Assembly: GCA_963745035.1 (NCBI GenBank)
Contig: CAVUVW010000021.1
Location: 352,001-416,000, forward strand
Reading direction: 5' to 3'
Length of the DNA stretch: 64,000 nucleotides
DNA from: an uncultured delta proteobacterium
GTDB taxonomy: Bacteria > Desulfobacterota > Binatia > UBA9968
In this document: in pieces, positions 19,405 through 28,345 of the stretch
Layout: each line of letters starts with the position of its first letter
Position numbering within the stretch: the stretch's first letter is position 1
The notes under the pieces: model-generated
Told to the model about the DNA's origin: nothing
What the model saw: only the letters and a program-made list of their open reading frames with translations
Databases searched by the model: none
Position numbers and translations under genes: made by a program

Positions 19405-20736
19405 ATGGCAGAGACGGAACATACGGCGCGCTACATCGCCGCCTTCAAGGATCGCCAGAGATCGGCGGGCTTGACGAGCCCGGTCTGGATGAACGATTTG
19501 CGCCAGGCCGGAATAGAGAGCTTCGCCGAGTTGGGCTTCCCGACAGTGAAGCAGGAGGCCTGGAAGTACACCAACGTCCAACCTCTGGTTACGCAGCCGT
19601 TCGGCCTCGCCAACGGCGAGGCGCAAAAAGTCGGCGCGGTGGAGATTTTGTCGAGAGCCTTTGTCGAAGACGACGCGCTGCGCCTGGTTTTCATAAACGG
19701 CGTATATGCTCCGGGACTTTCCTCGACGCAGGGTTTGCCGGCGGGGGTGCGCGCGGCGAATCTATCGGCTTTGGCCTCGAGTGACGGCGCCGACTGGGCC
19801 TCCCAGATCGGGCGCTCCGCAGATCATCGGCGCAACGGTTTTGTGGCGCTCAACACGGCGTTTATCGACGACGGCGCGGTTGTGATTGTTCCGCCGGGGT
19901 GCCGGCTGCCCCGCCCAATTTATCTCGTCTACGCTTCAACGGCGAAGGACCGCCCGATCGTCGCGCATCCGCGCACGTTGATTACTCTCGGCGCCGGCAG
20001 CGAGGCGAGCATTGTCGAGAGCTATGCGGGCGTGAACGGTGGAGCATATTTCTGCAACGCGGTGACCGAATTGATCGGCGGCGCCGATGCGGTGGCGCAC
20101 CATTATCGATTGCAAAACGAAGGCGCCGCGGCGTTTCACGTAGGGACGTTGGCGGCAACGCTCGGGCGCGGCGCAAATCTCACCGCCCACGCGGTGACGT
20201 TGAACGGCGCGCTGGTGCGCAACGACGTGCACATCGCGCTCGACGGCGAAGGCGCGGAGTGCACGCTCAACGGCCTGTATCTCGGCGCGGGCAGGCAACA
20301 CGTGGATAACTTCACCGAGATCGAGCATCTCCGGCCGCGCGCCACCAGCCTGGAGCTTTATAAAGGCATTCTCGACGGCGCCGCGCACGGCGTGTTCAAC
20401 GGCAAGATCGTCGTGCATAAAGACGCGCAAAAAACCGACGCGCGCCAGACCAACAAGAACCTGCTGCTGTCCGGGGAGGCTGTGGTGAACACCAAGCCGC
20501 AGCTCGAGATCTATGCCGACGACGTGAAGTGCAGCCACGGCTCGAGCATCGGCCAGCTCGACCCCGACGCGCTGTTTTATCTGCGCGCGCGGGGGCTCGG
20601 GCCGGAGGAGGCTCGGAGTCTTTTGAGCTTTGCGTTTGCCGGCGACATCGTCGGGCGTATTAAGATCGACGCCCTGCGGCGGCGGCTGGACGAGTATCTG
20701 GCGGCGAAATTTCACAATCCCCGAGCAAGACCATGA
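19405..20736 (+). CDS. sufD: Fe-S cluster assembly protein SufD
   Basis: EAWKYT, GVFNGKI, AQKTDARQ, PQLEIYADDVKCSHG. Confidence 0.93.
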   Translation: MAETEHTARYIAAFKDRQRSAGLTSPVWMNDLRQAGIESFAELGFPTVKQEAWKYTNVQPLVTQPFGLANGEAQKVGAVEILSRAFVEDDALRLVFINGVYAPGLSSTQGLPAGVRAANLSALASSDGADWASQIGRSADHRRNGFVALNTAFIDDGAVVIVPPGCRLPRPIYLVYASTAKDRPIVAHPRTLITLGAGSEASIVESYAGVNGGAYFCNAVTELIGGADAVAHHYRLQNEGAAAFHVGTLAATLGRGANLTAHAVTLNGALVRNDVHIALDGEGAECTLNGLYLGAGRQHVDNFTEIEHLRPRATSLELYKGILDGAAHGVFNGKIVVHKDAQKTDARQTNKNLLLSGEAVVNTKPQLEIYADDVKCSHGSSIGQLDPDALFYLRARGLGPEEARSLLSFAFAGDIVGRIKIDALRRRLDEYLAAKFHNPRARP

Positions 20737-21995
20737 AGGCGATTTCCAAGACGGCCGATGCGCCGCTGGCGAGCGGCAAATTCGACGTGGCGCGCGTGCG
20801 CGAGGATTTTCCGATCCTCAAGCAGAAAATCCACGGCAAGCCGCTGGTGTATTTCGACAACGGCGCCACCAGCCAGAAGCCCCAGGCGGTGATCGACGCG
20901 CTGGCGCGCTATTACAGCGCGGAGAATTCCAACATTCATCGCGGCGTGCACGCGCTCAGCGAGCAGGCGACGGCGGAGTACGAAGCGGCGCGCGGCAAGC
21001 TGCGCACGTTTATCAATGCGCCATCGGACAAGGAGATCGTTTTAGTGCGCGGCACCACCGAAGCGATCAATCTGGTGGCACAGAGTTACGGCCGCACGTT
21101 CCTCAAGGCCGGCGACGAGATCGTCGTCTCGGCGATGGAGCATCACTCGAACATCGTGCCGTGGCAGATGGTGTGCGCGCAGGTGGGCGCCCGGCTGCGC
21201 GTCGTCCCGATCAACCATGACGGCGAGATCGTCATGGAAGAATACCGGCGCCTGCTAAGCGAGCGGACCAAGTTCGTCGCCGTCACCCACGTGTCCAACG
21301 CGTTGGGTACGGTGGTGCCGGTCAAAGAGATGATTGCGCTGGCCCACGAGCGCGATGTGCCGGTGCTGCTCGACGGCGCTCAGGCCGTGCCGCATCTGCC
21401 GGTAGACGTGCGCGATTTGGATTGCGATTTCTACGCGTTCTCGGGACACAAGATGTTCGGGCCGACGGGTGTCGGCGTGCTTTACGGCCGGGCGGAGCTG
21501 CTCGAGAAAATGCCGCCCTACCAGGGCGGCGGCGATATGATCAGCCTGGTGACCTTCGAGAAGACGCACTACAACGTATTGCCCTACAAGTTCGAGGCGG
21601 GAACGCCCAACATCGCCGGTGTGATCGGGCTCGGCGCCGCGGTGGATTATTTGCAGGGACTGAATTGGAGCCAGGTCGTGACCCATGAGCATGAGCTGCT
21701 GCGCTACGCGACCGAAGCGCTGGCTGAAATTCAGCCGGTGAAGATCATCGGCACCGCCAAGGAAAAGGCGGGTGTGCTGTCGTTTGTTATTGACCACGTG
21801 CACGCGCATGACGTCGGAACGATTCTCGATCAGGAAGGCGTCGCAGTCCGCGCCGGCCATCATTGTGCGATGCCGGTGATGCAGCGCTTCGGCGTGCCAG
21901 CGACCACTCGTGCGTCTTTCGCATTTTACAATACAGTGGAAGAAATCGACGTGATGGTAAAGGCCGTGCGGCGGGTTTTGAAGGTGTTCGGCTAA
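20733..21995 (+). CDS. sufS: cysteine desulfurase SufS
   Basis: YFDNGATSQKP, SGHK, RAGHHCA. Confidence 0.96.
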   Translation: MKAISKTADAPLASGKFDVARVREDFPILKQKIHGKPLVYFDNGATSQKPQAVIDALARYYSAENSNIHRGVHALSEQATAEYEAARGKLRTFINAPSDKEIVLVRGTTEAINLVAQSYGRTFLKAGDEIVVSAMEHHSNIVPWQMVCAQVGARLRVVPINHDGEIVMEEYRRLLSERTKFVAVTHVSNALGTVVPVKEMIALAHERDVPVLLDGAQAVPHLPVDVRDLDCDFYAFSGHKMFGPTGVGVLYGRAELLEKMPPYQGGGDMISLVTFEKTHYNVLPYKFEAGTPNIAGVIGLGAAVDYLQGLNWSQVVTHEHELLRYATEALAEIQPVKIIGTAKEKAGVLSFVIDHVHAHDVGTILDQEGVAVRAGHHCAMPVMQRFGVPATTRASFAFYNTVEEIDVMVKAVRRVLKVFG

Positions 21996-22435
21996 TGGCG
22001 GATCTCGACGATCTCTATCAAGAAGTCATTCTCGACCACAATAAAAGCCCGCGCAACTTTCGCGTGATGGCTGAAGCAAATCGCAAGTCCGAGGGATATA
22101 ATCCGCTCTGCGGCGATCATGTGACCGTCTACGTCCGGCTCGAGGACGGTTTGATCCGCGACATCAGCTTCCAGGGCTCGGGTTGCGCAATCTCAAAGGC
22201 ATCCGCCTCGATAATGACGGCGGAACTCAAAGGCAAGAGCGAGGGGGAGGCGCAGAGTTTATTCGACAACGTGCATAAAATGCTGACCGGGGAAGCCGGA
22301 TCCGAAGGAGCCGGAAAACTCGCGATTCTTTCCGGCGTATGCAAATTCCCGGCGCGGGTAAAATGCGCCAGCCTTGCCTGGCACACGCTGCACGCGGCGT
22401 TGACCGGCGACACACAGCCCGCCACTACCGAGTGA
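21995..22435 (+). CDS. sufU: SUF system NifU-family protein SufU
   Basis: LYQEVILDH, NPLCGD, GCAISKASAS, RVKCA; ATG overlaps the sufS stop (TAATG). Confidence 0.93.
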   Translation: MADLDDLYQEVILDHNKSPRNFRVMAEANRKSEGYNPLCGDHVTVYVRLEDGLIRDISFQGSGCAISKASASIMTAELKGKSEGEAQSLFDNVHKMLTGEAGSEGAGKLAILSGVCKFPARVKCASLAWHTLHAALTGDTQPATTE

Positions 22436-22468
22436 AGTGATCGATCTCCGGGAAAGGAGCGTTGGGGC

Positions 22469-23014
22469 ATGCAGGATGAGAAACCGATCGCGCTGGCGCG
22501 CGAGTGTCAGGCCGTGATGATCCCGAGCGGCGAGAAGGTGACTTTGTCGGCCGGCTGTAAAGTTTGGCTTACCCAGGCGCTGGGCGGTGGGTTTACTGTG
22601 ATGACCGACCATGGATATATGGTGCGCATCGATGGCGCCGACGCCGCAGCGCTCGGCATCGCCGAGATCCGTGATCCGGAATCCGCCGGCTCGACGCAGA
22701 CGCCGCTTGAGGAGAGAGTTTGGAGCCAATTGCGTTCCTGCTTCGATCCCGAGATTCCGGTCAATATCGTCGAGCTAGGGTTGATCTACGACTGCGCTCT
22801 CGAAGCGCTTCCAGGCGGCGGTCACAAAGTAAGGGTTCGGTTCACCTTGACGGCTCAAGGCTGCGGCATGGGACAGTTTTTGAAAGAGGACATTAAAAAG
22901 AAGCTGCTCGCAGTTCCCGGCGTGCGCGAGACCGACGTCGATCTCGTGTGGGATCCGCCGTGGAACCAGAGCATGATTTCACCCCAGGCCAAGCAGCGCT
23001 TGGGCATCGAGTAG
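22469..23014 (+). CDS. sufT: Fe-S cluster assembly protein SufT (long form, DUF59)
   Basis: TQALGGGFTV, RIDGADAAALG, DPEIPVNIVELGL, TLTAQGCGMG. Confidence 0.88.
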   Translation: MQDEKPIALARECQAVMIPSGEKVTLSAGCKVWLTQALGGGFTVMTDHGYMVRIDGADAAALGIAEIRDPESAGSTQTPLEERVWSQLRSCFDPEIPVNIVELGLIYDCALEALPGGGHKVRVRFTLTAQGCGMGQFLKEDIKKKLLAVPGVRETDVDLVWDPPWNQSMISPQAKQRLGIE

Positions 23015-23024
23015 ACGGTGTTTT

Positions 23025-23345
23025 ATGGAAAGCATCAACGAAACCATTATTGAAGCGCAGATCGTCGAGGCGTTGCGCACCTGCTTCGACCCGGAGATTC
23101 CGGTCAACATCTACGAGATGGGTTTGATCTACGACTTGAAGGTCGATGCCGAGGGCGTGGCGGCCATTCGAATGACTCTCACGTCGCCGCACTGTCCGGC
23201 CGTCCAGTCGCTGCCCGCGGAGATCGAAGCAAAGGTGCGGGCCGTCGACGGAGTCACCGACGTCAAGATCGATCTGGTTTGGGAACCGCCGTGGGATCCG
23301 AGTAAAATGTCGGAAGCGGCACGGCTGCAGCTTGGCATGACGTAA
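23025..23345 (+). CDS. DUF59 Fe-S assembly protein (short form)
   Basis: DPEIPVNIYEMGLIY, MTLTSPHCP, WEPPW. Confidence 0.9.
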   Translation: MESINETIIEAQIVEALRTCFDPEIPVNIYEMGLIYDLKVDAEGVAAIRMTLTSPHCPAVQSLPAEIEAKVRAVDGVTDVKIDLVWEPPWDPSKMSEAARLQLGMT

Positions 23346-23384
23346 CTCGACCGAGGACGCAGAACTTTTTCAGGATCGCAAAGC

Positions 23385-23813
23385 GTGATCGCAGAAAATT
23401 CCACGGCTCAGACTCTGTTCGACAAGCTCGGCGGCGAGACCCGGCTGCGCGCAATTATTGATACTTTCATCGATCGGGTTTTCGCAGACCGGATGATCGG
23501 CTTTTTCTTTCGAAACGCCGACCGCCGGCGCATCAAAGAATTGGAGTATCAGCTCGCCGCCAATTTCCTCGGTGCCAAGGTGGAATACCGCGGCCGGCCG
23601 CTCGGCAAGGCGCATGCGAATCACCCGATCATGGGCGGCCATTTCGCCCGGCGCCGGCAGATTCTCAGCGAGACTTTGGATTTTCACGGTGTGCATCCGG
23701 AAATCAAGGCGGCGCTGCTCCGTCACACCGACGCGCTGCGCGAGCAGATTACGCCGGAGAGCGGCTCAGGGTGCGATCCCAACGCCGTGCGCGACCGGGT
23801 CGGCAGGGGATAA
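23385..23813 (+). CDS. group 1 truncated hemoglobin
   Basis: TLFDKLGG, D..IGFFF, LGA..EYRGRPLGKAH, HF pattern of 2/2 globins. Confidence 0.82.
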   Translation: MIAENSTAQTLFDKLGGETRLRAIIDTFIDRVFADRMIGFFFRNADRRRIKELEYQLAANFLGAKVEYRGRPLGKAHANHPIMGGHFARRRQILSETLDFHGVHPEIKAALLRHTDALREQITPESGSGCDPNAVRDRVGRG

Positions 23814-23912
23814 CTATGGAGAAATTCTGCTCTTTCACTTTCCCGCCAATTGTCCCCTGAAAGACATTGTGTTAAGAGTGGGCTACGCCCAAGGTTGTCA
23901 TCAAGGATTTGT

Positions 23913-24776
23913 GTGAAGTTGGCCGACCTCTATGCCCGACCTGGGTTGACCCTCTCGGTCGAATTCTTTCCTCCAAAGACAGAAAAGGGCGAGGAAAACC
24001 TCTTTAGCGAGATCGAAACCATAAAGAGGCTCAATCCCGGCTTTTGTTCTGTCACGTACGGGGCTGGCGGAAGCACGCGCGAAAAAACCGTCGGGTTGGT
24101 CGAAGCCATTCATAACGGCTGCGGTCTCGAAGTCATGTGTCATTTGACCGTGGTCGGACAGTCCAAGGCGGAGGCGCGGGCAATCCTTCAGCGGCTCAAA
24201 GAAAAAGGCATTGAGAATTTGTTGGCGCTCGGCGGCGATCCGCCCCAGGGTACGGCCGACTGGAGTCCACATCCGGACGGCTTTCATCATGCCATCGAGC
24301 TCGTTCGCGAAGCGGCGGCGCTCGGTTGCTTTTCAATCGCCGTTGCGGGCTTCCCGGAATGTCATCCGCGCGCCGCGAGCCGCGAGGCCGATTTACGATT
24401 TCTCAAAGAAAAGATCGACGCCGGCGCGGTAGCGGTCATTACGCAGTTATTTTTCGACAACGACGACTATTTTCGCTTCGTCGAGGATCTGCGCAAGCTC
24501 GGCGTGACGGTGCCGATCATTCCCGGCGTGTTGCCGATCCTTTCGGTGCCGCAGCTACGCCGCTTTACCGCCCTTTGCGGCTCGAGGATCCCCGACAAAT
24601 TGGAGAAAGAGCTGGTCAAGGTGGAGAACGACGACGACGGCGCGGTTCAGCTGGGCATCGAGTACGCGTCGAAGCTCTGCGAGGAGCTGATCAGCTCTGG
24701 GGTGGCGGGGCTGCACTTTTATTCTTTGAACAAATCCTACTCCGTGCAGGCGATCTGCAAGAATCTTGGTCTGTAG
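23913..24776 (+). CDS. metF: 5,10-methylenetetrahydrofolate reductase
   Basis: SVEFFPPK, SVTYGAGGST, AGFPECHP, ITQLFFDN, LHFYSLN; GTG start at 23913. Confidence 0.95.
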   Translation: MKLADLYARPGLTLSVEFFPPKTEKGEENLFSEIETIKRLNPGFCSVTYGAGGSTREKTVGLVEAIHNGCGLEVMCHLTVVGQSKAEARAILQRLKEKGIENLLALGGDPPQGTADWSPHPDGFHHAIELVREAAALGCFSIAVAGFPECHPRAASREADLRFLKEKIDAGAVAVITQLFFDNDDYFRFVEDLRKLGVTVPIIPGVLPILSVPQLRRFTALCGSRIPDKLEKELVKVENDDDGAVQLGIEYASKLCEELISSGVAGLHFYSLNKSYSVQAICKNLGL

Positions 24777-24839
24777 TTCTTTTTTGGTCCCCCTTAAAAA
24801 GTTCGTGCCCGCCGCGGGCGAGAATGCGAGTATGCGACG

Positions 24840-26349
24840 ATGACCGAGCATGCGCCGAATCCCGGTGAAGACAGCCCCGAACAGGTAGAAGTCCGCAAGC
24901 AGAAGCTCGAAAAGCTCAGGTCGTCCGGCGTTGCGGTTTACGCCAACGACTTCCGGCCGACTCATTCCGCCGCGGCGCTGATCGCGCAATTCAGCGCCGC
25001 GGGCGACGACGCGCTCGCCGCCGCGCCGAAGGATACTCAAAGTCGCGGGGCGGATCATGGCCGTGCGCCGCATGGGCAAGGCGTCGTTCTTTCATTTGCA
25101 GGATCGCCGTGCGCGGTTGCAAGTGTATATTCAGCAGAACAGCGTCGGCGCAGAGGGTTACAATTTGTTTCGTCAACTTGATGTAGGCGACATTGTCGGC
25201 GTCGAAGGCCATCTGTTTCGCACCCGCACCGGAGAGTTGACTCTCGAGGCGCGGCAGATTCGTTTGCTCGCCAAATGCTTGCGACCACTGCCGGAGAAAT
25301 GGCACGGCCTCGCCGACGTCGAGGCGCGCTACCGCCAGCGCTACCTCGACCTGATGGTCAATGCCGAATCGCGCGCGCTATTCGAGAAGCGCTCGCAGAT
25401 CGTGCGTTTGCTCCGGCGGTTTTTCGAAGAGCGCGATTTTATCGAGGTCGAGACGCCGATGATGCAGGCGATTCCCGGTGGCGCGGCGGCGCGGCCGTTC
25501 AGCACCCATCACAACGCCCTCGACATGGAGCTTTATTTGCGCGTGGCGCCCGAGCTCTTCCTGAAGCGGCTCCTGGTCGGCGGCTTCGAGCGTGTCTTTG
25601 AGCTCAATCGTAACTTTCGCAACGAAGGGGTGTCGGTGCGCCATAACCCCGAATTCACCATGATCGAGTTTTACCAGGCCTATGCGACCTTTGAAGATCT
25701 CATGCAGCTGACCGAAGAGCTGTTTGTCGACTTGGCGCGGGAAGTGTGCGGCGCTTTGCAGATTCCCTACGGTGATCATCAGATCGATCTCACTCCGCCG
25801 TGGCGCCGGCTGACGCTCGGCGCGGCGATCATGGCGCACGGCGGCGCGAGCAAGGAAGACATCGCCGATCTGGATCGGCTGCGCCGATTTGCCGAGCGCC
25901 GCGCGCTCCCCGTCGACTTGGCCGCTTCGTATGGTAATCTGCTGGTGGAAGTTTTTGAGGAAGTGGCCGAGGCAAAGCTGATCCAGCCAACGTTCATCAC
26001 CGGTTATCCGATCGAGGTTTCCCCGCTAGCGCGGAAGAACGAAGGCGATCCCGCCTGGGTGGATCGCTTCGAGCTTTATATCGGCGGCCGCGAGCTCGCC
26101 AACGCCTTCTCCGAGCTCAACGATCCGGCGGATCAGCGCGGGCGTTTCATGGAGCAAATGGCGGCGCGCGCCGCCGGCGACGAAACCGCCAGCCCCATCG
26201 ACGAGGAGTACGTGCGCGCCTTGGAATACGGCATGCCCCCCGCAGCCGGGGAGGGCATCGGCATCGACCGTCTGGTGATGCTGCTGACCAACGCGCCGTC
26301 CATTCGCGACGTCATTCTCTTTCCGTTGCTTCGCGCGCAGCGGCTCTAG
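24840..26349 (+). CDS. lysS: lysine--tRNA ligase (class II), one frameshift ~25037
   Basis: MGKASF, YRQRYLDL, PELFLKRL, FRNEG, HNPEFTM, GIGIDRL. Confidence 0.95.
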
Positions 26350-26361
26350 GAGCTTCTCTCC

Positions 26362-27609
26362 ATGAAATACGAGCTCTTTATCGGCCTCCGCTATCTCCAG
26401 GCGCGGCGACGCGAGACTTTCATCTCATTGATCACGGTGATCTCGATCCTCGGTGTGATGATCGGCGTGATGACTCTAAACGTCGTCATGGCGGTGATGA
26501 CCGGTTTCGAAGAGACGCTGCGCGACCGCCTGCTCGGCATCAATGCCCACGCCGCGATCGTTCGCTCGGGCGAGCCAATGGGCGACTACGAAAAAGTGAT
26601 CGAGCAAGTGAAAAGCGTAGAAGGCGTGGTGGCGGCGTCGCCGACGATCTACGGCCAAGTCATGCTGACTTCCGGCTCGCGGGTCTCGGGCGTGGTCGTG
26701 CGCGGCGTCGATCCGGATCGGGTAAACGGAGTAGTCAACATCCAACGCTATCTTCGTGAAGGAAGCCTCGCGGGATTAAAAACCCAGCATCCGATCCAGG
26801 TGGAAGACCGCACGGTGCTCCTTCCCGGCATCATTCTCGGCGAGCGCCTGGCCAATCAGCTCGGCGTGTTTTACGGCAGTCCGGTGCAGGTGGTCTCGCC
26901 GCTAGGGAGCCCGACCGCCATCGGCGTCATCCCCAAAGTGCGGCGGTTCGCCGTCGCCGGGGTGCTCCGCACCGGCATGAGCGAGGTCGATTCCACGCTG
27001 GTCTTCATGGGGCTCGCGGAGGCGCAAAAGTTTTTCGATCTCGAAGGCGCGGCGACCAATATCGAGCTGCGCATCAGCAACGTGAATCAGTCGCGGGAAG
27101 TGGCCGATGAGATCCAGCGCCGTCTGGGATTTCCCTATTTCGCCGAGGACTGGACCCGGCTCTGGCCCAACTTGTTTTCGGCGCTCGAGTTGGAAAAAAC
27201 CGTGTATTTTTTGGTGCTCCTGCTCATGGTGCTGGTCGGCGCTTTCAATATCGTTTCGACTCTGGTCATGGTCGTGATGGAAAAAAAGAAGGACATCGCG
27301 ATCCTGCGCTCGATGGGTGCAACACGGCAGAGCATTCGGAAGATTTTTCTACTTAAGGGCTGCCTCATCGGCATCGTCGGGACGATCCTCGGAGTAATCC
27401 TGGGTTTGCTCGTCTGCGCGCTGATCTCGCAATACGAATTCAATCTTCCCAAGGATGTTTTTCTGATCTCCACGGTGCCGGTCCGGGTCTACTTGAGCAA
27501 CTTCGTCGTGGTCGCCTGCGCCTCTTTCCTCGTTTGCCTGTTGGCGAGCATCTACCCGGCGCGCCAGGCCGCCAAGCTCGATCCGGTCGAAATCATCCGC
27601 TATGAATAA
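26362..27609 (+). CDS. lolE: lipoprotein-releasing ABC transporter permease LolC/E
   Basis: FISLITVIS, AFNIVSTLVMVV.EK, YPARQAAKLDPVEIIRYE. Confidence 0.92.
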   Translation: MKYELFIGLRYLQARRRETFISLITVISILGVMIGVMTLNVVMAVMTGFEETLRDRLLGINAHAAIVRSGEPMGDYEKVIEQVKSVEGVVAASPTIYGQVMLTSGSRVSGVVVRGVDPDRVNGVVNIQRYLREGSLAGLKTQHPIQVEDRTVLLPGIILGERLANQLGVFYGSPVQVVSPLGSPTAIGVIPKVRRFAVAGVLRTGMSEVDSTLVFMGLAEAQKFFDLEGAATNIELRISNVNQSREVADEIQRRLGFPYFAEDWTRLWPNLFSALELEKTVYFLVLLLMVLVGAFNIVSTLVMVVMEKKKDIAILRSMGATRQSIRKIFLLKGCLIGIVGTILGVILGLLVCALISQYEFNLPKDVFLISTVPVRVYLSNFVVVACASFLVCLLASIYPARQAAKLDPVEIIRYE

Positions 27610-28279
27610 TCTTCTCTCGGTTAGAGAGTTGCACAAGTCCTTTTTTGAAGGCGGCGTTGAGATTCACGTCCTGCGCGGATTGAATCTCGATCTGGCCGAG
27701 GGCGAGCGGTTGGCGATCGTCGGCGAGTCCGGCGTCGGCAAGAGCACCTTGCTGCACGTGCTCGGCACGCTTGACCGGCCGAGCAGCGGCCAGATTTTTT
27801 ACGCGGGCAAAGAGCTGCCTTTGAACGACGAGAGCGCGCTCTGCAAGTTCCGCAACCGTGAAATCGGCTTCGTCTTCCAGTTTCATTACCTCTTGCCGGA
27901 TTTTTCGGCGCTGGAAAACGTCATGTTTCCGGCGCTGATTCAGGGCGCCGAACCGGCGCGCGCAAAAGCCGACGCGGAGCGCTTGCTCGATCTGGTTGGA
28001 TTGAAAGACCGGATCAGGCACCGCCCCGGCAAACTTTCCGGCGGGGAGCAGCAGCGCGTGGCGGTGGCTCGGGCGGTGATTTTAAAGCCGCGTCTTTTGC
28101 TCGCCGATGAGCCTACGGGCTCGCTCGATCTACGCATCGGGGACGAGGTCCACGAGCTGCTGTTCCGCCTTAACGAGGAGCATAACATCGCGCTGATCGT
28201 CGCCACCCACAATAGGGAATTCGCCGACAAGATCGGCAGGCGCGCCGTGCTCCAAGACGGGAAGCTGATACTGGGCTGA
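27602..28279 (+). CDS. lolD: lipoprotein-releasing ABC transporter ATP-binding protein
   Basis: GESGVGKST, FQFHYLL, LSGGEQQR, ADEPTG. Confidence 0.93.
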   Translation: MNNLLSVRELHKSFFEGGVEIHVLRGLNLDLAEGERLAIVGESGVGKSTLLHVLGTLDRPSSGQIFYAGKELPLNDESALCKFRNREIGFVFQFHYLLPDFSALENVMFPALIQGAEPARAKADAERLLDLVGLKDRIRHRPGKLSGGEQQRVAVARAVILKPRLLLADEPTGSLDLRIGDEVHELLFRLNEEHNIALIVATHNREFADKIGRRAVLQDGKLILG

Positions 28280-28293
28280 ACGGATAAATTCGC

Positions 28294-28322
28294 TTTACAA
28301 AAGTATCCGAATTTGCTACAAA
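28294..28322 (+). promoter_or_regulatory. possible sigma70 promoter for bamA
   Basis: TTTACA-N17-TACAAA with TG extended -10. Confidence 0.4.
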
Positions 28323-28345
28323 ATCACAAAATTGCCCGGTCAATC

